A DNA stretch of 64,000 bases from Balamuthia mandrillaris (GCA_031835245.2 JAVKOQ020000115.1:62001-126000); one strand, 5' to 3'; counted from the first letter of the stretch, positions 39,230 to 51,597 are shown. Notes: generated by a model from the sequence alone, not told the origin. Numbers and translations are program-made.

Positions 39230-40703
39230 TCTCCCTCGCTGCTCATCTCTTTTTGGTTGGTGCAAAAGGTTGAAGGACGATCCCGAACTGTTTTTTGGAT
39301 TTTGGGGCAAGTGCTTCAACGATTACAGGGATACAGAACCACATGAAGGCTATCACCTGCTGTACCAATGGAAGGAGAAGTACTTCTCGGAGGCAGCAAA
39401 ACCGCAGTTGACTCAGGCTTTAAGACAATTGCAAGAGAACGTCATTGAAAGAGAAGGCCACAACTTGATCATCTATCCTCGCTTGCAAAACGTTTTGCGA
39501 AAGAGAAAGCTACAACAGAGCAAAAGGGAAGACAATGGCCAGAAGCAAAAGGAAATTATAGAAGAGAAAAATGAAGTAGAGGCGGAAAAGGAGAAGGAGA
39601 AAGTCAACGAGGAGAACAGGAACGCTAACCTGAAAGAGAATGTAGAAACCGAGGAAGACGCTTTGGTGAAAAGTTTGAAAAAGCTGAACATAGGTCTTCG
39701 CACCAGCGAGCTTGCTGAGGAATTATCGCAAGACATCATGCCGCTTCCTGGTCCCTTTTATTTCTTCACTTCCAACGTGGATGCTCACGGCATGAAAGCT
39801 GGCTTTGCTTACCATGAGGTCATCCAAATTCATGGGTACCTTCTTCGCTTTCTTATTTTTATGTTCTGGTATATTTTTGGTTATGTTCTGATAATTCGTC
39901 TTTGCTCTTCAACCATCTTTAAAAACAACAATTTAAACAAAAAAAAAAACACGTACAGAAATACAGAGGTGTGGCAATGCAAGAATCAATGCACTAGAGA
40001 TTTATGGAAAGCTCCACCAGGCTACAAGATACATGTCGACGAGACTACAATGCGTGCATCGGCCACCGTCACACTATCACAGGACGGCGATGCTGATGTT
40101 GGTGAGATTTCTCCCTCCCGTCCTCATCACGAGGCAAGCTTTGCAAGCAATCATCCTCGCTGCAGGAATTGTGGTGCTCTGGCCCGACCTGGGTACTGCC
40201 TTGTTTCGCCTTGTGGTTATTGTTTCTCGTTACTTTTATCATTAATTAGTTTGCTTATACAGGGTATTGATGTTTGGGGACGGTAAATGGGTGGAGGATG
40301 ATCCTCAAACAGAATACTGGGACGCATGGTCTGAGGCCATCCGTACCTACCTCGACCAATACCCTGACGCCTCACTAGTCCTCCTCGAAATAGGGGCTGG
40401 AACAAATGTACATATTTCTCCTCTCTATGACCTCTGCTTTTGGTGATTTGGCTTATTCCTCTCTTTTTTTTCTTCTTCACTATTTGATAGGTACCAACAG
40501 TAAGATGGAGTAGTGAACAATGGGTGGCTTCGCTGCCACATGGCGCGTGCACTCTCATCCGTGTGAACATGGATCATATTGGCTCAGGGTTCTTGCCCGA
40601 AGAGCGTCTCGACCGGTTCATTGGCATCAAGGCAGGCGGACTGCAGACCATTCAGCGCATTCATCACTGGTTGGAGGGGGCTACAGCGTCCAGCAAGGGA
40701 TAG
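38773..40703 (+). CDS. Sir2-family NAD-dependent deacylase
   Basis: LTGAGMSADSG, FTSNVD, QIHG, CxxC zinc ligands, VLMFGD, EIGAG and IRVN motifs. Confidence 0.9.
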
Positions 40704-40860
40704 CAATGTTATTGGACAGTTTTTTGTAGGCTTTTGGTGCTGTTTGTGTTCCCAATTATTGGGCTTACGTCAGCAATACTAGGCCATTTACCTGTGGGCA
40801 AATGACGTCATCCAATAAATTGCGATTTGGAGGTACACAAAAGACAAACTTTTGTTTTGC

Positions 40861-41717
40861 ATGAACACCGCTCTTCGACCACGCTTCCGAACGTGCACTC
40901 CGTCACTCGGGCTCATTGGACCAGCTCCATTACTCCATCCAACACAACGAACAGGACTCTTGGGTTTAGCTTCACAAACAATCATGCACGGAGGCGGTGG
41001 AGGACGTACGCTCTCTATGCTTTCCCCCGTTTGCGAGTACGTGCATGTTAATCTATTTCATGTTAATCTTGTTCTCCTTCTCTTTCTTCTGAACAATGGA
41101 AGGAGGTAGAGGAAGAAACTATCATGGCGGCGGAACAGGAGGGAGAGGTCGTGGCGGAGGGGGTGGAGGTGGAAGAGGGAGCTACTACAAAGAAAAGTAT
41201 GGCTCCAAGAACAAACGTGGTCGCCCCGTCTCCATGGAAGAGAGTGAATATGAACCCTCTCCTGCTTCTGCAAGTAGTCCTTCTGCTTCGGCTTCTGGCG
41301 GGCAGCGATCAAATGGTATGTTCGAGCCGCGCACTGGAAGAGAGATGAGGACTGATGTAAAAAGCAAAAAAAATAACAAAAGGAAATGATAGAGACTTGC
41401 AGAACGCACTGCGACGGATCGACGGTAGTGGTTATGCTGCCTATCGCAGCATTGAAGGCTCTTACGACTTTTCGTTTTTCACTCTATTTGTGGACCACAC
41501 TCAAGTTTGTTGCTCTTCACTCTCACTTTTACTCTTACTCTCACTCTCACTTTCACTTCGTTGGTACCAGACTGTAACTCACAATTGAAATAGTCAGATC
41601 CTTTCGCTCCACCTTCAAACTTTAGGGTTCGCGTCTCCCATCAACAAGCTAAGTTTCCTCTCGACCATTACTCCTCTCCTATCAGGTTCATTCCCTTCTG
41701 CTTCTTGTTCTTCAAGA

Positions 41718-41760
<43 letters not shown>

Positions 41761-42018
41761 TTACTTAAACAACTTTAGGGCAACAGCAACAGCGGATTGG
41801 TTGACTCGCTGTTTCTACAACTATGTGCGACAGCATAACCTGGATGTAAGAACGGAAGGTGCAGGATGGGGCAGCCCCAAAGGAGGGGAGGTAACCATCG
41901 ATAAGCCCAGCCAACACGTACTGCAACGTACCTCTGTCATCATTTCTGACTTTGGCATCGAGGCCAGGTTCAACGTCGCTCTCCCTGGTACTTATCATTA
42001 CAAATTCACAAAGGAGGG

Positions 42019-42056
<38 letters not shown>

Positions 42057-43893
42057 GGCATTTACTGACTCAAACAATAGCACGGGGAAGGTCGGTTTTA
42101 GGGGAATGGGCAGCTACCATACTCTGCGAAAAGGTGCCTTCCATCGTACGCAACACCCTGTTCTACGATAAGATGGATGCCAAGGCTCTGCAGGAACACG
42201 TGTTATGTGCGGAGGATCAAGATGCGCTGCGTAACATGTTGGACAAAGAAGGATTGATCTGCTTCGTTCGAAACGGAGCCATCTTGCCTCGAGCCTCTGG
42301 TGCTTCTGACCTTCCCATGTCTTCCCAGGTACTCGGTTGACAGGCATTAAGTTTTTGAGCAAGATAACTTCGTTTAAATAGTTGCTAACTTTTCTCTATT
42401 TCTCTTCTCTTCTGATTCCTTCTCTAGGATTCGCCAGTACCTTTCAAATCCCCACAAGCTCTTGAAAGAACGTTGACGCTCCCAAACGCAGGCAAAGTTA
42501 TAGGGATGGGCATTCCAAAGGGTATCACTCTCATTGTTGGCGGAGGCTTTCATGGGTATGCTTCATTCATTCCTTTCACTTCTCTTTCTTTGTTAACGCC
42601 ATACTTTTTTGGCCCCCAACAATATAGTAAAACAACTCTGTTGAATGCACTTGAAGTAGGAGTTTACAATCACGTTGTTGGGGATGGACGGGAACTAGTT
42701 GCAAGTGTGGAGAGCAGCGTCAAAATAAGGTCAGAAGATGGCAGAAACATAGAGAAGGTCGACATCTCTCCTTTCATCAACAATCTACCAGGTGGTAAAT
42801 CCACTGAGGCCTTTTGTAGCAAAGACGCCAGCGGAAGCACTTCTCAAGCTGCTAACATCATGGAAGCATTAGAGGTAAGGTTATCGTTCCTGTTTCCTAT
42901 ATTCTTTTGAGCGATAATTTATCCAAAGTATTAAGGTTGGAGCAAAAGTGTTGCTTGTGGATGAAGACAGTTCCGCCACCAACTTCATGATACGTGATCA
43001 CCGTATGCAAATGCTGGTCTCTAAAGAGAAAGAACCCATTACTCCTTTCATCTACAAGGTTTCCTCTTTCTCTCTACCTCTCCTCTCTCTGTCTTTGTTC
43101 TCATTCTTCTATCTCAAGATTCGATCGTTGTATGAAGACTATGGAGTATCAAGCGTATTAGTAATTGGCGGCTCAGGAGGTACCTTTTCAACCTTCCGTT
43201 CTTTTGCTTCATATACCTACTATAACATGCACCTGTTCGATTCCGCACAAAGATTACTTTGACGTGGCAGATAATGTTATTATGATGGAATCATATGTGC
43301 CAGTTGATGCCACAGCCAGAGCCAAAGAAATAGCAGCTACCGTTCGAACAAACAGAGAAGAAGAAGGAGGTGCAGTTTCTATCTTTTATGTCCCTATACC
43401 TAATCTTATCAAACAAAACAAAGGATTGCATTTTGGCAGTATAACCGCGCGAGCGCCCATTTTAAGCAGCATAGGAGAAGCATTGAAAGGAGGGCAAGAC
43501 AAAGTAAAAGTGGCCTCACTCTCCACCATCCTCTTTGGAGAGGTGGAGCTCGACCTCTCCGCCGTGGAACAAATCGTGGAAAAGAGCCAAACCAGAGCCA
43601 TCGCCGATGCTCTTCGCAACTTTTACTATCAACGTAGCTCAACACCAACATCTTCCTCTTCTTCGTCTGCTGCGTCATGGGCCACCCTGAAAGAATTGGT
43701 GGAGGGATTGGCGCGCGCATTTGACTCGGCGGATGGATTGGATGTTCTGGACATGAGGAGGCGGATGGGGAACTACAGTCGACCTAGAACCTTTGAAATA
43801 GCGGCGGCTCTCAACCGGCTGCGCACGCTGCAAGTGAGACAAGTTTCCGATGCGGAGATTATCGATGGCGACGACCAGAAGAAGAGAGAATGA
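40861..43893 (+). CDS. Predicted ABC-class ATPase (MRB1590-like) with putative presequence and RGG-rich region
   Basis: Walker A GGGFHGKTT, GVYNH, EDGR, DASGSTSQAANI and Walker B LLVDED. An upstream exon (40861 to about 41005) splices in frame onto the RGG exon at 41103. Confidence 0.85.
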
Positions 43894-44199
43894 AGGAGAG
43901 AGAGAAGCGAGATTCGAGATTTCCTTTATTTTTTTCCTGGTCGGCATAATTCATTTCTTATAAATGACTTTAAAAATCCTATTGGCTGGCTATTCCCCGA
44001 GTCGAGGGTTTCTTCATCCGCATTACGTCATGCTGTTTCGCCAAATTGCCGTCCTCTTGCGCCAACAACCCACCTTTTTTGCTTCATCTACTCCAAACCC
44101 CAGCCCAACCGGAAGGAAGAAGAGAGAGAGCTTGATTGACCACACCTTTGTATATTTTTTTTTTTTGTAATATTTTTTTTTGTGTAGAGAGAGAAAAAA

Positions 44200-45503
44200 A
44201 TGGTGAATGTGAGTAAGCTGGAGTTGCAGGTAAAAAAGCAGAAGGACTTGTATGAGGCGGAGGAGGAGCAACAGAACCTCTTTCCACAACAGGAGGGGCA
44301 ATATAGCCACTCCTATGTGCACGTGCTGCCCTTGTGCGCCGTCTTCATCCTGGCCTTCGCCTTGGCGTTCTCCGTAATAGGACTGTTCTCTGCCAACCAA
44401 GGCTGGAGCATCGCTACCTTTGAGGACGTTCAACCCCCTTCCTCCTCCCCCTCCCCCTCCTCTGTCGATCCCTCCTACCCTGGCCACCATCACGGCCACC
44501 ATGGCCCTCGCCACGGCCACCACAGCTATCACCACTTGGGAGGACATCTTGGACGTTCCATTCTTCAAGTGGAGGAGCAAGAAACAACAGAGCAACAACA
44601 ACAAATGGAAGGGGAGGAGGACACACCTTTCTTGGAGGGATGGATCATAGAGGAGCCTCTTCCCCCGGTCGACCTCTTGCCCCCTCCTGAGGAGTTGCCT
44701 CCTGCCTCTGACCCCGAGCCCGAAGATGAGGAGGACTTTGCCCACTGTGGCGGCAACACCGCCGAAGAGAATGACGTCCCTTCAGAGGAGGATCAAACCA
44801 CCTTGCTCATCATTATCTCCCAAACGGTGCTTCCTGCCGCGCCTCCCAAGCCCCAATTCCCCCACCGCTGCGTGCTTGGCTGGAAGCAGGGTCACTGCCA
44901 CACCCTTCGTGGCCGCAAGACCCTCTACTACCACAAGGACCTCAAGTATGCTGGTATGGCTGCCCTCTCCTCCCAGCTCTCGGCCAGCATCATCATCACC
45001 GCTGCTTTGGTCCTTGCTCTGGCCAAGGTCTATCCCAACGGCTACAAGTGCAAGCTCACCCAACTTAGCGGCATTTTTGCCTTGATGGCCTGGTACCCAC
45101 CCCCCTCCTTTTCTTTTTCCTTTCTTCTTCCTTTCTTTTCTCAACTGCATCCATCCCACGCTTTTAACAAAACCCATTTAGTACTGTGTTGGTGTCTGGC
45201 TTCATCTTTTATGGCCACTTCATGAAGAGATACAACCTCAATAGAGAGGCCTACATCTGGGACAGCAACTACATGCCCACTGGACTTGCCGGTTCTGCTC
45301 TCTACCCCGACTTCAACTTCTTCCTCAGCGCTGCCAACGCCTTCCTGTGCTGTCTTGCTTTCATGCTGTTGACACTCTCGGAGAGGCTTCCTCTAGTGCT
45401 GACCATCCTGCGCAAGCCCCAACAGGAGGAGGAGGCTGAGGCTCACTCTTCTGTGGAATACGACCCATTGCTTCCCTTTAGCGGCGCTGATGAGTCTGAT
45501 TAA
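44200..45503 (+). CDS. Hypothetical multi-pass membrane protein with a His/acidic-rich loop
   Basis: Long ORF plus second exon; N-terminal TM, GHHHGHHGPRHGHHSYHH, several C-terminal TMs. Confidence 0.75.
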
Positions 45504-45675
45504 ACCAATTGGTTTTTCTTTTCTCCAACAACGTGAAAGTAGGTTGCTGTGACAGCTCCCTTACTTCCTTGCACCCCAAATAACGTTGTTTGCACCAAGC
45601 CTAAACCCTTTGTATTTGTTTTTGCAATCTTTATCTATTTCAATTGTCGTTACACCAACACTTATTTGTCTCACC

Positions 45676-47694
45676 TTACCTCTTCCGAAGAGTACAACGC
45701 ACCCCATGTTTTGCTCGTAACGTGATAGCCATCTCTGGGATTACTGAGTTTGCTTTTTCATCGGGTGGCTGCAACTCGAAGCGAGCCACCAGCATTGCAA
45801 TAACCAGTTTAGCTTCCATCATGGCGAAAGAGGCGCCCAAGCACCGTCGTAGGCCTGCGCTGAAAGGTAGGTAAGCAAAGGGATGCAGCGGAGACTTATC
45901 GTCTGCCCATCTCTCTGGCACAAAGTTGTCTGGCTCTGGCCAATGAGCTTGGCTTCGGTGCAGAGACCATGGGCACACCAACACTTGAGTTCCTGATGGC
46001 AGATTGTAGCCACCAATTGTCACACCCTCCTTTGTTGAAACTACCCTGTTCAGCACTGGCGCACTGCGTATGCAACATGAGCGCCTGATGAACAAGATAT
46101 CATAAACGTACCTCGGGAACAGACGAAGAGCTTCTTTGATGACTTGGCCGAGATATTTTAGCTTGTCCAAACTTTCAAAAGAGAGGCTGTGATGTCCTGT
46201 GGCGTCCTGTTCGTGGGCCATTACATCCACCAACTCCTGGTGTACTTTTTCTTGGACATGAGGATGGGTCGCCAGAAGATGAGCGGTAAAGGAGAGGAGG
46301 GAGGAGGTGGTCTCGTGGCCACCCATTATGGTGGTTATCATCTCATCCTCCACTTCTTTGTCAGTGAAACCGTGCTCCTCTTGTGCGGTTATAAGGGCGT
46401 CCAACAGGTAACCACCGTTCTCGCTCTTTGATAGGCTGCGGTTCCCTCTTTCTCTCTGCCCAACAACCACTTTTCTATGCAGGCAAACTTTGGCAGGCGC
46501 ATCACAAGTTGGCCGCTCCTGCTTTTCAACCATCTTACTACTGTCGAACATTTGAAGCGCTGGCCCAAAGAATAAATGATGCGTTGGAGGGATGGGAACA
46601 GCAAGCCACCAAAGAAGGCGTGGAAGCGAAAGGTGCCTTTTCAGCAATTCCTTGTTAGCCACAATTCAAAGCTTTCTTATTGCTCGTTCGACATCTGACA
46701 GAACTGAGCATTGAGTTTAGCAGGCTAACTTTGGACAACATTGGTATCATGGCATTCGGCGAGCACTTTGGCGCTGTGAAGGAAGAGAAGGGGGAAGATG
46801 CCATCTTCGAGGAGGTAGCTGTAATACTGCGAGAAATGCAGCTTCGTTGCATCTTTTTGCAGGTCCCCTTCTGGAGATACTTTCCTTTCACCTGTCTTCC
46901 TTCCCAAAGACGCTTTCAAAAGGCAAACGACAAGATTCATCAGCTCGTACGACGTCGGTTAAAAAGGAGAAAAGAACAGAGCCTGAACCGCAACAGAGGG
47001 ATTGCAGCAAGAAGAGAAGATAGGAGAATAGAGAAGAGTGAAGCATAGAACGAGAGAAGCAGAGAACGGGAAGAGATAAAGGACTGAGGAGTGAAGAGAG
47101 ATACCTTCGCTCAACAGAAGCCCATCGCCCAGTAGAGGCCTCATTATCTCCGAAAACATGCCTTTCTTGAAGGTCTTAAAGTGCTTTGGCATGAAGATCT
47201 GCTTCACCAACTCAGGTTCGTTAACGACAACAAAAGGTTTCACGCCCAACCAAACCAAGAACATGCCTAGCCACGTCCAAAGCAAAGGAGAGCCAATACC
47301 ATCATTAGCTCTTCTCAATGGATTAGTTCAGAGAGCTTTGTTGTTGCTGCAAACCTCCATAAGCCTGTGCCACTTGGTGGAAGAGGCAGTGCATGAATGA
47401 AGGGCCGCCATGGGAGAACACTAGACCAACGTTACCCAACAGAGGAAGCGGCGGGGGCCCACCCAACAAAGCCTTACTGGCCCCTCTCTTCTTAGGCTTT
47501 AAAGAGCCGTGCCCCTCCTCCGCTACAGCTACTCGATAAAACTTGGCGTGCCTTTGTTTGATGAGCAGCTTGCATGGGTAAGTGGTTAGGCCTGTCCCAA
47601 CAAACAACAACGAGGCTGCTCCGTTACGCACCATCGACCAACTGCACAGCAATAGGCCGCCTATCATCATCACCCACCCCCACAGCAGTAACAT
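45676..47694 (-). pseudogene. Cytochrome P450 disrupted, as assembled, by an internal inversion (46437-46992 is encoded on +)
   Basis: Minus strand carries the N-terminal anchor, GPPPLPLLGN, GLLLSEG, GGHETT, EALR, PERW and the heme motif PFSAGLRRCLG. The intervening KLWQAHHKLAAPAF...RLTLDNIG...QLVRRR exons are on the plus strand. Confidence 0.92.
46437..46992. repeat. 8-bp perfect inverted repeat TGCGGTTC (46437-46444) / GAACCGCA (46985-46992) bounding the inverted P450 segment
   Basis: Read directly; the strand switches of the coding sequence coincide with these two sites. Confidence 0.9.
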
Positions 47695-48050
47695 GTCTGC
47701 ACTGTATAGCAGCTGTTCCAGTGAGACCTCTCTTTGTGCTCTTATTGCACCCTTTTTTTTTAAATGTTTGTTTTTATTTTTTAAAAACAAACGAAGCAGA
47801 AGGAGGAGAAGAGAACGAGCTACTCATGCACCAGGCCACAGCCAACCACCACACCAGCCCCTCGTCGTAGCAACGGAAGAAGATAAGAAAGCGGCGGTAG
47901 AATTCAGATGTGGAGAAGTATGGTTGCCATGGACAGGGGTCACACAAGAGAGAGTGATCAAAACGGCAGCAAGCAAGCGAAGCATGAAAACAAAAAAGAA
48001 AGAAAAGAACGCAAGTTCTTACTCATCAAACCATGCAAAACAATCAAGAG

Positions 48051-48866
48051 CTAGAGCTCCATGACTTGGACATCGCAGTTGGGCATCTTGGAGGGAGCTC
48101 CCATCATGTCTCTCAGAAAAGTGGAGTGGGAGACAACGGCGATGGTCTGTTCCTCTCGGGCGAGAAGCCACCGCTTGAAAGCCTCAATGCGCTCGGCCAT
48201 CTCTGCAAGGGGTTCTTTCCAACGATGCTCTCTGAACAGCTCTTTGTAGTTTTCTTCTGTTATCTGCGCAGCTGAGAAGACATCGACCAATGAGATGAGA
48301 TGCAACGGAAAGAAGAAAGAAAGGAATGAACCAAAAAGAAAGAAGTAACAACGTACAAAGCTCCTCAGGAATGTACCACCAAATGCCGGAAGGCAAAGCC
48401 GAGAAGTCTACGGTAGGAAAGTCTTCCACTAGCTCCTTTGCCAGACGGCCAAAGTCGCAGGCATTCTCCAACCGCTCTCTGCACAGGTCGGTCACCACAA
48501 CGGTTTGGTTGCGACCGGCAAAACCTCCGAGACAAGTTTGAAGGGCTCTGGTTAGCGGAGAGCAAACGATCAGGTCCACCTCGATATCCTTTTGGTAAGA
48601 AAAAAACCGTGGAAAGGTGCTAAGAGATATGCCCGAGCAAAACAATAAACACTGCTGTTTCAACTGAGCACCTTCACACGTTCCTGCAACTGTTCGATCT
48701 GTTGGCGGCCCTTTTCCGTAACGTTACAATCCCAGAGGTAAGGGTCCACCTTTGCGTTCCCCGGAAGGGCACTGAAGAGGTTGTGTTCGCTTTCCGCGTG
48801 CCGTATGAGGTACAGCTTCTTAGCGGCTGCACGACCAGCCTCCTTCCTGCAGGCAGCTTCTTCCAT
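48051..48866 (-). CDS. Histidine phosphatase (phosphoglycerate mutase-like)
   Basis: LIRHAESEHN, CSPLTRALQT and AVVSH motifs. Confidence 0.9.
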
Positions 48867-48983
48867 TCCGTTCCGTTTTTCTGTTTGGCTTGCGTTGTTC
48901 TTTTTTTCCTTCTTACATGACCTGTTGTGCCCAGGTTTGGTTCCCAGTTAGGTTCAATCTCCCAGGACAAACATCATTGAGAT

Positions 48984-49056
48984 GGGGGTGTAGCTCAGAT
49001 GGTAGAGCGCTCGCTTAGCATGCGAGAGGTAGCCGGATCGATGCCGGCCTCCTCCA
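48984..49056 (+). tRNA. tRNA-Ala(AGC), second copy
   Basis: Identical to 13782-13854 except the T-loop (ATCGATG versus ATCAATG); T-run follows. Confidence 0.95.
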
Positions 49057-49202
49057 ATTCTTTTTGCTGCACTGAGGAAAGAAGGGTATTCCAGTGGAAG
49101 GTGCCAACAAAAAAAAAAAGAGAGAGAGAGAGGCAAGGGCCGACGAGCATGCATGACGATTGTGTTCTTCTTCTTTTGCAATTATTATTGTTAGGATAAA
49201 TA

Positions 49203-50078
49203 CTACTTGCCCTTTTTGCCAGGCACAACCTCCCAACCGGGCATTTCTGCGTCCAAGTAAAAGGTGTCTTTGGACCAGTCCTCCGGTTCCTTTTCCTTGG
49301 CCTTCTTGATGAGTTCCTTGAGCTGGGCCTGCACCTTGGGGTCCATTCCCTCCAACTCCTTCATGTCCTCGTCTGTAAAGTCGCGGAACTTCTTCGTCTT
49401 GCCCATGCCCTTATGCATAGCGTTGATCTCCCTAAGCCTGGAGTGGGCCTTGGCTTCTCTCACCAGCTTGTCAGGCTTGGGCACGGAGTGGTCCTTGGTG
49501 TAGCGTTCCAGGCCACCAGCCTCCGCCACGATCCTTCGCAGCTTCTCTCGGTTTTGTTGTTCGCGCCGCACGGTAGGCTCTCCACGAGCGCCCCTTCGGC
49601 GAGTGCTGGGAGGTTCCAGGCCCACGCGCTTTAGTCCCAAGGCCTCTTCTTTGGCTTGTTGCAATCTGCTGATCCGCTCCGGAGGACAAGGGGCCAGACG
49701 AGAGACGTACCAGATGGGGACATTGAACTTCTTAGCCAGCACGTTTCGTGTCCACTTGTCCGGATCTGAGTTGCGGAGGCTTCGGATTTCCTCCTTTTGG
49801 GCTTCTGTGAGTTGAGTGTAGGGCGTTGGGTATCGTGGCGCTGACATAGGCTCCAGCTTGTGAAGGAAGAGCAGGCTGCCATCATTGAAGGCATTTGGGA
49901 TGAGAGTGGTGGAGTACGTTGTTGGCTTGTCAGTGATTGCGGGATCCGCTGTGAGTGGTGTTGTGAAGCTGCGTACTCCACATGCTACATTTCCAACGCA
50001 CGGCAGTGTCGTCCAACACCTGTGCAGGGGTTTCACGGAGAACCCCGCCCGCAACAAACCTCCCCCCGTGTTCCTCAT
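49203..50078 (-). CDS. Mitochondrial ribosomal protein mL58 (yeast MrpL20)/neugrin-like
   Basis: Presequence-like N-terminus; LTEAQKEEIRSLRNSDPDKWTRNVLAKKFNV matches the MRP-L20 family motif. Confidence 0.75.
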   Translation of the reverse strand: MRNTGGGLLRAGFSVKPLHRCWTTLPCVGNVACGVRSFTTPLTADPAITDKPTTYSTTLIPNAFNDGSLLFLHKLEPMSAPRYPTPYTQLTEAQKEEIRSLRNSDPDKWTRNVLAKKFNVPIWYVSRLAPCPPERISRLQQAKEEALGLKRVGLEPPSTRRRGARGEPTVRREQQNREKLRRIVAEAGGLERYTKDHSVPKPDKLVREAKAHSRLREINAMHKGMGKTKKFRDFTDEDMKELEGMDPKVQAQLKELIKKAKEKEPEDWSKDTFYLDAEMPGWEVVPGKKGK

Positions 50079-50186
50079 CTCCCTTTCTTTTTTGTTTTAT
50101 GATTTTATTTTATGCGGACACTATGGATACGTTGGGAATTACGCAGTACAGTTTTTATGCCGACTTATGATTGAGGGTCCATCGCG

Positions 50187-51411
50187 CTACTTGCGTCTTG
50201 CTTGTCGCGCTGGGAGAGAGAGGGAGAGAGAGAGAGAGAGAGAGAGAAGGGCGCGAAGAGTGCAGAGAGAAAAAGGGTTAGAAGCAAGTGAGGAGGAGGA
50301 GGAGGAGGAGGAGGAGGAGGAGGAGGAGGAGGAGGAGGAGGAGGAGGAGGAGGAGGAGGAGGAGGAGGAGGAGGAGGAGGAGGAGGAGGAGGAGGAGGAG
50401 GAGGAGGAGGAGGAGGAGGGGAGGAGGAGGAGGAGGAGGAGGAGGAGGAGGAGGAGGAGGAGGAGGAGGAGGAGGAGGAGGAGGAGGAGGAGGAGGAGGA
50501 GGAAAGCGTACCCAATTCCTTGTTGCGGGTGATGGCACGGTCGATGGCGTTACGGGAAGAAGCGTCCTGGATGGGGATGTTTAACTTTTGCAAGGTCTTG
50601 TTGGTTTCAAAGGCTTTGGCTAGCTCGCGTTCGGCCGCATTGCCGGCAATGTTCCTCTGTTGCAACAAATACGAATTGTCAATGGAGCAGAGAGAAACAT
50701 AACAGAAGAGGAGGAAGAAGAGACGAAACCTGGTTAGCCAACTTGAGTTCTTCCAGGGTGGTATTGTCAGCCAAGGCATTTGCGATGGCGGTGATGCCTT
50801 CTCCGCCCAACAGGTTGGTCTCCAGGTTCAACGTTTTAAGGGTCTTGTTCCTGCCCAGAACTTCAGCAAACTTGCGTGCGCCTTCGTTCGACACTTTCAT
50901 ATTCACCTATCCATCAGTTAACAAACAATGCTGAACAAAAAAAAACAAAAGAGGCGACAACAGCAATAACGTACAAAGGTTACAGAGGTGACATGGGTGT
51001 TGTTGAGGAGAGCCTCCGCAAACTCATTGGCCAGCTCGGAGGTGGCAGCCTGCAGCGACACAAAGCTGACTTCGGTGAGGGAGGGGTCGTTGGCCTTCAC
51101 TTTGGCAATAGTCTCCTCCAATTGCCTCTGCTCCTCCGACTTTCCAGAAGAAGAGGAAGCACCACTGCTGCTACCAGTTGTTTTGCCCGATTTGACGTTG
51201 GCGAGTTCCTGGCCGATGGACTCAAACTCACGGCGGATGGCAGCAGTCTCCTTCACCAACGCAAGTTGGGATTGGATGGCAAGCAATTCCTGTTTCAAGG
51301 CACGCAGCTCCTAATATATTAAAGAAATGTTTGTAGAGGGAAAAGAACTCTTAGTCGCAACAGTTAAAAAACGAAGCAGAACGCAGGGCAGCATAAAAGA
51401 CATACTTCCAT
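50187..51411 (-). CDS. Tropomodulin-like LRR protein with an N-terminal coiled coil
   Basis: KVKANDPSLTEV, NKTLKTLNLETN, LEELKLANQ, ELAKAFETNKTLQKL and AITRNKELAR resemble the Tmod LRR domain. Confidence 0.78.
50290..50503. repeat. (GAG)n trinucleotide repeat in the last intron of the Tmod-like gene
   Basis: About 210-nt near-perfect repeat with one interruption near 50419. Confidence 0.95.
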
Positions 51412-51546
51412 TACAGCAGACTTCTCTTCTTTCCCTTCTTCTCTTCTTGGTTACAAAAATGAAAAAACACACAATAAAAATTCGGTCTTGCTCAGCCACA
51501 ACGAAACCAAGCCCTGAACCCTAACCTTGCTTCTCTAAAGGAGAGG

Positions 51547-51597
<51 letters not shown>

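Noticed and set aside
40960..40972. CTAAACCC on the minus strand as a possible telomerase RNA template
   Set aside because: Better explained as part of the in-frame presequence exon of the ATPase; similar short motifs occur elsewhere.
38773..43893. Adjacent Sir2 and ATPase genes resembling a bacterial Sir2-ATPase defence pair
   Set aside because: Both are intron-rich eukaryotic genes, the ATPase is not HerA-like, and there is no operon evidence.
47318..47325. Apparent stop/frame break in the 5' part of the P450
   Set aside because: Lies inside a normal GT-AG intron (about 47354-47267) that joins AYGG to MFLVW in frame.
50278..50584. Poly-Pro/Arg/Glu/Gly/Leu ORFs
   Set aside because: Translations of an intronic (GAG)n repeat.
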